Shown piece by piece: positions 58,854-64,000 of a DNA stretch of 64,000 nucleotides. The translations under genes and the position numbers were made by a program. Below the pieces are notes generated by a model that did not search any database, was not told the DNA's origin, and saw nothing but the letters and a program-made list of their open reading frames with translations. Position 1 is the first letter of the stretch. Every line of letters begins with the position of its first letter. The DNA comes from a virus. Lineage: Duplodnaviria; Caudoviricetes. The stretch covers positions 19,534 through 83,533 of IMG/VR virus record IMGVR_UViG_3300029288_000139; one strand, written 5' to 3'.

Positions 58854-58857
58854 AAAT

Positions 58858-59481
58858 ATGATAAACCAAATATTATCTCGGTATAATGAATTATCAGGTC
58901 GTATAAAGTTTTTACAAAAAGATTTAGATAATAAAAAATCTCAATTTGATTCAAAGTTAGATTTAATTGATAACTTGAATAAAGCTCAGTGGACAATAAC
59001 AGAAGTACAAAAAATTACTCAAGAAAAGTTTAAGAACAAAATAGACTCTCTTGTTACAATGGCAATTAAATCTGTTTATAATAGACCATTTGGATTTGAA
59101 CTTATATTCGAACGGAAAAGAGATAAAATGGAATGTCGTCCCATCATATACGAAATTGTAAATAGAGTGAAAGAATATTATGATGATGCAGAAGATGAAC
59201 TGGGGGGAGGTATTGTTGATATTTGTTCTTTTGCGTTGAGGGTAGTTTTATGGACAATGGAAAAACCAAGAAGTAGGAATATATTTATTTTGGATGAGCC
59301 CGGAAAAAATCTCGGACAATTAATCCCTTTATTTGGACAAATGCTAAGAGAGGTTTCTCATAGTCTCAATTTTCAGTTGTTAATTATAACTCACGATGAT
59401 GCTCTAATTGAGCAAGCCGACAAGGCATGGGAAGTTATACATGATGGGAGAGAATCCCATGTAACTCAAATTCAAAAATAA
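58858..59481 (+). CDS. sbcC: SbcC / Rad50 ATPase, C-terminal half
   Basis: LGGG signature, ILDEP Walker B and ITHD H-loop. Confidence 0.85.
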   Translation: MINQILSRYNELSGRIKFLQKDLDNKKSQFDSKLDLIDNLNKAQWTITEVQKITQEKFKNKIDSLVTMAIKSVYNRPFGFELIFERKRDKMECRPIIYEIVNRVKEYYDDAEDELGGGIVDICSFALRVVLWTMEKPRSRNIFILDEPGKNLGQLIPLFGQMLREVSHSLNFQLLIITHDDALIEQADKAWEVIHDGRESHVTQIQK

Positions 59482-59496
59482 AAAGGAGATAAATTA

Positions 59497-60096
59497 ATGG
59501 CAAAAGGGGGAGATTTTGAATGGGAAGTAGCAAAGAAATTATCTCTTTGGCTAACGGATAACAAGAGGGATGATTTAATATGTCGTACAGATTCTTCTGG
59601 GGGGAGAGCGACTAAAAGAATTAAAAAGGAAAAAGAGACAAACAAATATTTATATGGAGATTTGAAATATTCTGACGACCTAGCAAAACCATTATTTGAT
59701 AAATGGTCTATTGAATGTAAGACGGGATATGCATCAAAATCAAAATTAAAAAATGGGACAAAGAAAATTGTTAATTGGGATGTTCTCGATCTATTAGATT
59801 CAAAACAGAAAACTCCTCCTTTTCTGCAAATGTGGGTACAATGTACGATTGATTCATGCTTATCAAAACGAGAGCCAATTTTAATATTTCGTAGAGATCA
59901 AAAATTAATATGTGTAGCAATTACTATAGATTACTATTTGGAATTATGCAAATATTTTAATTATCCCAAAATATCGAAAGTAGAAGTATTTATTCCAAAT
60001 ATAATGTCTCCCTACGATAAAATAACCGTTGTGAGGATAGAAGATTTTCTTCTATGGATTAATGCTAAATCAATTCTTGATTTGGAGATTAAATGA
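59497..60096 (+). CDS. Holliday junction resolvase (PD-(D/E)xK)
   Basis: KGGDFE.EVAK, GDL, IECK and PILIFRRD motifs. Confidence 0.8.
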   Translation: MAKGGDFEWEVAKKLSLWLTDNKRDDLICRTDSSGGRATKRIKKEKETNKYLYGDLKYSDDLAKPLFDKWSIECKTGYASKSKLKNGTKKIVNWDVLDLLDSKQKTPPFLQMWVQCTIDSCLSKREPILIFRRDQKLICVAITIDYYLELCKYFNYPKISKVEVFIPNIMSPYDKITVVRIEDFLLWINAKSILDLEIK

Positions 60097-60103
60097 AGAA
60101 GGT

Positions 60104-60682
60104 ATGAATAAAAAACAAAGTGATTTTTTTCGTAGAATAATAATGAGTTACAATTCTTTCCATAATGGAAAAGAGAAAGAAAATTTTAGAAATGAAATAT
60201 ATTTAGAAATGAATCCTTTTTTATTAAAGTGGGTATCCTCTATATTGGCAAAAAGGGGTGTTTACTTGGAAAAAAGTGAAATGTTATCAAAAAGCTGGGA
60301 TTGTTTTTTGTTTTGTTTAGAACATTTTAAACCACATAAAAAAAATATCTCTGTTCCTAATCATTTTTACTCCTACACTTTTTTTTACTTAAAAATCCAA
60401 AAAACAGAAAAAAAGAACGATGTATTAAATCAACAACAATCAGAAAAAAATTGGATAGATTCAAATTTTGATATTATATATTCTGTAATGGATGAATTAA
60501 GAAACTTTAGAAATAATCTTGACGATAACTATTCATCAATTTTTGACGACGCATTGATGAGTTTAATTCCTTACAAAAAAGATAGACAATATCGAATTAA
60601 AAAGAGTAACATTTCTTTGATTCGTTATCAAGAAAGTAAAAAAATATTTAAAATAGTAATTGATTATTTGTTAAGAAGATAA
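60104..60682 (+). CDS. Hypothetical protein, possibly sigma-factor-like
   Basis: Helical ORF ending the replication operon; weak region-2-like pattern. Confidence 0.4.
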   Translation: MNKKQSDFFRRIIMSYNSFHNGKEKENFRNEIYLEMNPFLLKWVSSILAKRGVYLEKSEMLSKSWDCFLFCLEHFKPHKKNISVPNHFYSYTFFYLKIQKTEKKNDVLNQQQSEKNWIDSNFDIIYSVMDELRNFRNNLDDNYSSIFDDALMSLIPYKKDRQYRIKKSNISLIRYQESKKIFKIVIDYLLRR

Positions 60683-60782
60683 AAATTAATTGATTGTTTT
60701 TTGGGAAAATAATATATAATTAATACATAAAGAAAAATATTTAATGTTGAGATTAGAAAACTTTGTAGGATAAGTAAATAAA

Positions 60783-60836
60783 ATGATAATTGCTATTGAT
60801 TTTGATGAAACAATTTTATATGAAAACAACTGTTGA
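60783..60836 (+). pseudogene. Truncated HAD-phosphatase start
   Basis: MIIAIDFDETILYENNC* resembles the HAD motif I (IAVDFDGT) and then stops. Confidence 0.4.
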
Positions 60837-60867
60837 AGCAAATAGTGATATTTAAGGAGGAAAGGAA

Positions 60868-61137
60868 ATGAAAAAAGTATTTAAGTACATGGGATGGCCT
60901 TGGGATAGACCCGGATTTACGCCTTCCGAGTATAAACCAGACGGCAACGACATGGTGCTTTGTATCAGCGCCATGCGAGACTGGGGGGATTACCCAAGTT
61001 TTTATAAATACGCTATGGACAAATACCTTGATGAATTTATGGTGGGAGTTGATGTAAAACTTTTCGGCAATCCCGAAAAGTTCTTTGAGTTGATGGAGGC
61101 GTGGAGAGAGGAGGTAGAAAATGAAAAAAGAACATAG
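60868..61137 (+). CDS. Hypothetical protein
   Basis: AGGAGG RBS. Confidence 0.6.
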   Translation: MKKVFKYMGWPWDRPGFTPSEYKPDGNDMVLCISAMRDWGDYPSFYKYAMDKYLDEFMVGVDVKLFGNPEKFFELMEAWREEVENEKRT

Positions 61138-61288
61138 CGTGTTTATTACATTTACAAGAGAAGAAGTCGCAAGGCTTCTTGACCATGAAGCTCGTAAGCA
61201 AGGCAAGCTGAAAGACGTAAAAAGTACCATAGAATATAAGATTGATGAACCGGAAGAAGTAACCGTGGAATATTGGTGGGAAGGATGA
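61121..61288 (+). CDS. Hypothetical protein (55 aa)
   Basis: GAGG RBS; overlapping start and stop with neighbours. Manual translation. Confidence 0.55.
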   Translation: MKKEHSVFITFTREEVARLLDHEARKQGKLKDVKSTIEYKIDEPEEVTVEYWWEG

Positions 61289-61401
61289 AAAAGCATTATT
61301 TGTGGTGTCCAGTGTGTAAAAAACGCGTCCGCGTTAAAAAGTTATCTTGCCCACGTAAATGCCCTCTCTGCAAGACAGAGATACAAGCGGAGTGGCAATG
61401 A
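61285..61401 (+). CDS. Small zinc-ribbon protein (38 aa)
   Basis: CPVC...CPRKCPLC; ATGA overlap. Confidence 0.55.
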   Translation: MKKHYLWCPVCKKRVRVKKLSCPRKCPLCKTEIQAEWQ

Positions 61402-61413
61402 TATTTTTTTATT

Positions 61414-61464
61414 TAAAAACGAAAAAATCAGCGGCAGCAGTCCGCTGGATGGAGCTGGTTATGC
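61414..61464 (+). mobile_element. attC-like recombination site 1
   Basis: ..AAAC gaaaa aATCAGCGG..CCGCTGGAT ggagctg GTTATGC. Confidence 0.7.
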
Positions 61465-61487
61465 CAGCCGAAAGGAAGGTTTTAAAG

Positions 61488-61688
61488 ATGAAAAACAGAA
61501 TAGATGTATTAATTGATAGGACGCGAGATGCTATCCTCACAGGAGATGGCAGCCCTGATTGCCAACATATTATTAATAAAGAAATATTAATAGTTCTGGA
61601 AGAAATTAATAAAATTTTAAAACCTGTGAGCGTGATTTGCGTTAAGGGGAGTTATTGGCATAACGCAGTAATAAGGCGCGGCCACTGA
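61488..61688 (+). CDS. Cassette 1 ORF, hypothetical
   Basis: RBS directly after attC1; reads into attC2. Confidence 0.55.
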   Translation: MKNRIDVLIDRTRDAILTGDGSPDCQHIINKEILIVLEEINKILKPVSVICVKGSYWHNAVIRRGH

Positions 61689-61741
61689 CTGCGCCCAGAG
61701 CGACGGACGAGCGACCGCCGCCTTGATTAACTTTGTTATCT
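61658..61741 (+). mobile_element. attC-like recombination site 2
   Basis: GCATAAC gcagt AATAAGGCG...CGCCTTGATT aacttt GTTATCT. Confidence 0.8.
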
Positions 61742-61759
61742 GATTTTTGAAAGGAATTT

Positions 61760-61948
61760 ATGATAATTTTTGAATTTGACAAATCGAAATGGCATAAATT
61801 TGGAAAATGGGAAAGTAGACCAGATGGGTATTTCTTTTTTAGATTTTGGATTGGTTTTATTGCTATTACATATACCAGTTTTGATCTGGCTAGTTATTCT
61901 AAATCTATAGAGGATGGCAAAACCAAATTTTATGTTATTAACAGATAA
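61760..61948 (+). CDS. Cassette 2 ORF, hypothetical
   Basis: Stop TAA lies within the TAAC of attC3. Confidence 0.65.
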   Translation: MIIFEFDKSKWHKFGKWESRPDGYFFFRFWIGFIAITYTSFDLASYSKSIEDGKTKFYVINR

Positions 61949-61990
61949 CGCAGAAATCAGCCGCTTGTCGGCTGGATTGATTGGTTATAA
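61943..61990 (+). mobile_element. attC-like recombination site 3
   Basis: AGATAAC gcaga AATCAGCCG cttgt CGGCTGGATT gattg GTTATAA. Confidence 0.8.
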
Positions 61991-62016
61991 GATTTATTAA
62001 AAATGGAGGCATCAAA

Positions 62017-62232
62017 ATGAACAATAGCGAAATTGCACAAGACAGCATTGATAGAGCCAAGGAGTTTGGCCGTAAAAAGGACGGACAAATATCTTTAGCT
62101 GTTGATTCTATTATAGCAGACTTCACGGACAGACGAGGATTGCGGCAGGAATGGGAAAATATCGATGAAGATGTAAAAAATGACATTATCGAAGTATGGG
62201 AATGTATTATGCGTAATATTTTTCACTTATAA
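62017..62232 (+). CDS. Cassette 3 ORF, hypothetical
   Basis: GGAGG RBS; stop TAA lies within the TAAC of attC4. Confidence 0.65.
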   Translation: MNNSEIAQDSIDRAKEFGRKKDGQISLAVDSIIADFTDRRGLRQEWENIDEDVKNDIIEVWECIMRNIFHL

Positions 62233-62289
62233 CACTTAATATGCCAACTTGGTATTTTGTTGCGACAGATGGAACTTTGATGGTTATGA
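62227..62289 (+). mobile_element. attC-like site 4 (degenerate)
   Basis: TTATAAC ... CAAC/GTTG ... GTTATGA, with imperfect inner arms. Confidence 0.55.
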
Positions 62290-62310
62290 TTTTTTGAGGG
62301 AGGAAAGGAA

Positions 62311-62454
62311 ATGACACCGAAAGATATTAAAAAAATAAGAGTAGCTATCAATAAAGTGATGTACAAAGCGCAGACAGACTTTTTTGATATTGCACTGGCA
62401 CGTAAAACATTAATTATGATTGAGAAAATTATTGAGAAGGAGCAACCAAAATGA
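62311..62454 (+). CDS. Hypothetical protein (47 aa)
   Basis: GGGAGG RBS; ATGA overlap. Confidence 0.55.
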   Translation: MTPKDIKKIRVAINKVMYKAQTDFFDIALARKTLIMIEKIIEKEQPK

Positions 62455-62870
62455 CAAAACTGGAAATGCAGATAGCCTTACAGTCGTTATTTAAAAAGAT
62501 GATGGGGGAGTGGCAGTTTGGCGATAGAGTATACTCTTTAACCAAAAATATTATTGGCTATTATTCTTCAACTGTTGATTGCAAAGGAGCAAGAATTTGC
62601 TTCTTTAATACCTCGCTGGGGCATTTAACAACCGAGGATGACTTAATCCGCCTCCCTCTCCCAATAGACCCTGTTAATAGTTCTCGTGGTTTGTGGGGGA
62701 TGGTGGATTGGGACAGGTGGATTCTAAGTACTGCCATAGACAAAACAAAAGTTTATATCAGAAGCGCAGATTGCGATATTGAAGCAGCTCCAGAAACAGC
62801 CTTACTCAAGGCTTTACTGGCGCAGTATGATTGGATTTGCGAAGACTGTCCGGTTGTAAAAGAAAAATGA
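62451..62870 (+). CDS. Hypothetical protein
   Basis: ORF with AGGAG RBS. Confidence 0.55.
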   Translation: MTKLEMQIALQSLFKKMMGEWQFGDRVYSLTKNIIGYYSSTVDCKGARICFFNTSLGHLTTEDDLIRLPLPIDPVNSSRGLWGMVDWDRWILSTAIDKTKVYIRSADCDIEAAPETALLKALLAQYDWICEDCPVVKEK

Positions 62871-62894
62871 GTTTGAGTGTGAAGAATAAACTAT

Positions 62895-62999
62895 GGACGT
62901 GTGGCGGAAGAGTATAGACGCTATTCGTAGAAACTGGCTTACGGATAATGCCGAGCAACGTGCTGTGTTTCGTGCAGGTATCAAATCCTGCCACGTCAG
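62895..62999 (+). ncRNA. tRNA-like element with class II D and T arms and an aberrant anticodon region
   Basis: Acceptor GACGTG/CACGTC; D arm TGGCGGAA..TAGACGC; T arm GCAGG-TATCAAAT-CCTGC; no canonical anticodon stem. Confidence 0.6.
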
Positions 63000-63010
63000 A
63001 TAGGGGAATT

Positions 63011-63316
63011 ATGAAAGAGATTAAAGAACTGTTGGGCGATTTTGAAAGAGACAATATCAGATTAATGCAGGGGAGCTTTGACATGGATTCCGTGGAAAAA
63101 TCCCGGCAAGCTATCCTGCAAGCCTTTGCAGAGAAGGACAAGCGGATTGCAGAACTGGAGAGGCGTCTCAAAATTGCCTGCCATGTTAAAGCTGACGATA
63201 AGGTAAAATTCGATTGGGCGGTGCTGGACAAGATTGACGAGCTGGAGGAAAATCTGAAAGCGGCAGAAGCGGTAATCAATTATTATAAGAATCTGATGGA
63301 GGCAAGCCATGACTGA
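63011..63316 (+). CDS. Coiled-coil hypothetical protein
   Basis: GGGG RBS; KDKRIAELE motif. Confidence 0.55.
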   Translation: MKEIKELLGDFERDNIRLMQGSFDMDSVEKSRQAILQAFAEKDKRIAELERRLKIACHVKADDKVKFDWAVLDKIDELEENLKAAEAVINYYKNLMEASHD

Positions 63317-63373
63317 TAAATTAAAAAAAACTCTGATAAATTTAAGAAAAACACTCACAATGGAGGTCAAGAA

Positions 63374-63742
63374 ATGACTAAATCAGACGCACAGAGATTC
63401 CACGAACTGACAGGCGGGTGCTGGCATGAAAGAGATTGGAGCAAAGAACCTGTAATGTGGGTAGGAGGAAAAGGCACACATTGTCTTACTTGTGTTAAAT
63501 GCAAACAACCTATTCCTATGGATTATGTTTCTAATCGTCCGACCTACGACAACGCCGCAAATATCTTAACACGAATGAAAGAGTTTTGCGGAGAGGGGCT
63601 TGAAGATTTTATTGTAGAAGTAGGCGGACTATCTAAACATGGCAGTCATTTAGATACAATCCTCGTTGATTATGTATTGCATCCCGACGACCTGTTACAG
63701 AAGGCGATTGAATGGCTGGAGGCTGAAGATGAAAAAGCGTAA
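63374..63742 (+). CDS. Hypothetical phage protein with CWHE and CVKC
   Basis: GGAGG RBS. Confidence 0.55.
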   Translation: MTKSDAQRFHELTGGCWHERDWSKEPVMWVGGKGTHCLTCVKCKQPIPMDYVSNRPTYDNAANILTRMKEFCGEGLEDFIVEVGGLSKHGSHLDTILVDYVLHPDDLLQKAIEWLEAEDEKA

Positions 63743-63881
63743 GTTGCGTTTGTGCTGGTCATGCTCTGATTTTGTCCACCACGAACACCGTTACAAAATA
63801 ACAGCATGGATATGCAGTCAAACACAAAGGTTGTGGAAATGGCTGAAGGAGGAGGTTTGCAATGAAGGAATGCGAGTGTGA
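63729..63881 (+). CDS. Small Cys/His-rich protein; stop codon supplied by the IS end
   Basis: MKKRKLRLCWSC..HHEHR. Confidence 0.45.
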   Translation: MKKRKLRLCWSCSDFVHHEHRYKITAWICSQTQRLWKWLKEEVCNEGMRV

Positions 63882-64000
63882 CCTACCCCTGCCTAAAGGC
63901 AGGGGCTTCTCAGTCGATGCCAATTACTTCTGACAAGCATTCCTGAGCTAACCCCTCCAGCCCGGAGGTTAGAATACCAAAATTACGAATATTGTTCGCT
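63878..64000 (-). mobile_element. Right end of an IS200/IS605-family (TnpB) element
   Basis: Minus strand reads GAAGCCCCTGCCTTTAGGCAGGGGTAGGTCAC: subterminal hairpin (63886-63905) and terminal TCAC. Confidence 0.85.
63910..64000 (-). CDS. tnpB: TnpB C-terminal fragment (runs off window)
   Basis: ANNIRNFGILTSGLEG...* matches the end of the RuvC NAAxNI motif, immediately before the right-end hairpin. Confidence 0.75.
   Translation of the reverse strand, partial: ANNIRNFGILTSGLEGLAQECLSEVIGID

Noticed and set aside
60998-61004. GTTTTTA as the possible start of a cassette ending at attC1
   Set aside because: It lies inside an ORF, is low-complexity AT-rich sequence and has no preceding attC arm; likely chance.
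31397-63370. Minus-strand ORFs opposite the early and replication genes (e.g. 60793..61296, 62806..63279)
   Set aside because: They overlap coherent plus-strand operons and have no recognisable motifs.
1-64000. Stop-codon reassignment (alternative genetic code)
   Set aside because: Core genes translate full length in code 11; the few gaps are explained by frameshifts or non-coding elements.
1-64000. Lysis cassette, phage integrase/repressor or integron integrase
   Set aside because: No endolysin, holin pair or tyrosine/serine recombinase motifs were recognised in this window; they may lie outside it.

Overview
A 64-kb segment of a tailed (contractile-tail, myovirus-type) bacteriophage genome in two divergent arms. 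The minus strand (1-30185) carries packaging and virion genes: TerS, TerL, HI1409/DUF1073-type portal, MuF, DUF2213 protease/scaffold, DUF2184 major capsid, head and neck fibres, DUF3383 sheath, tube, chaperone with a -1 frameshift, tape measure and baseplate. The plus strand (31008-63881) carries early genes and a near-complete replisome and recombination set: SF2 helicase, primase, initiator, DnaB and DnaX each with an intein, DnaE fused to UDG, beta clamp, SSB, RecA, FEN, split SbcC/SbcD, resolvase, two DNA methyltransferases and a PLP enzyme. A GC-richer accessory region and the right end of a TnpB element follow. The two standout observations are (1) five putative head-packaged genes sharing an N-terminal leader, three of them built as strings of small unrelated domains separated by (DSK)TKD / hydrophobic-x-D linkers, a motif also seen in the capsid, portal and scaffold, suggesting protease-processed cargo polyproteins; and (2) an integron-type attC cassette array at 61414-62289 in which each cassette's start is exactly complementary to its own R'' end, with no integrase in the window. 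Product calls come from motif recognition only; no database searches were run.
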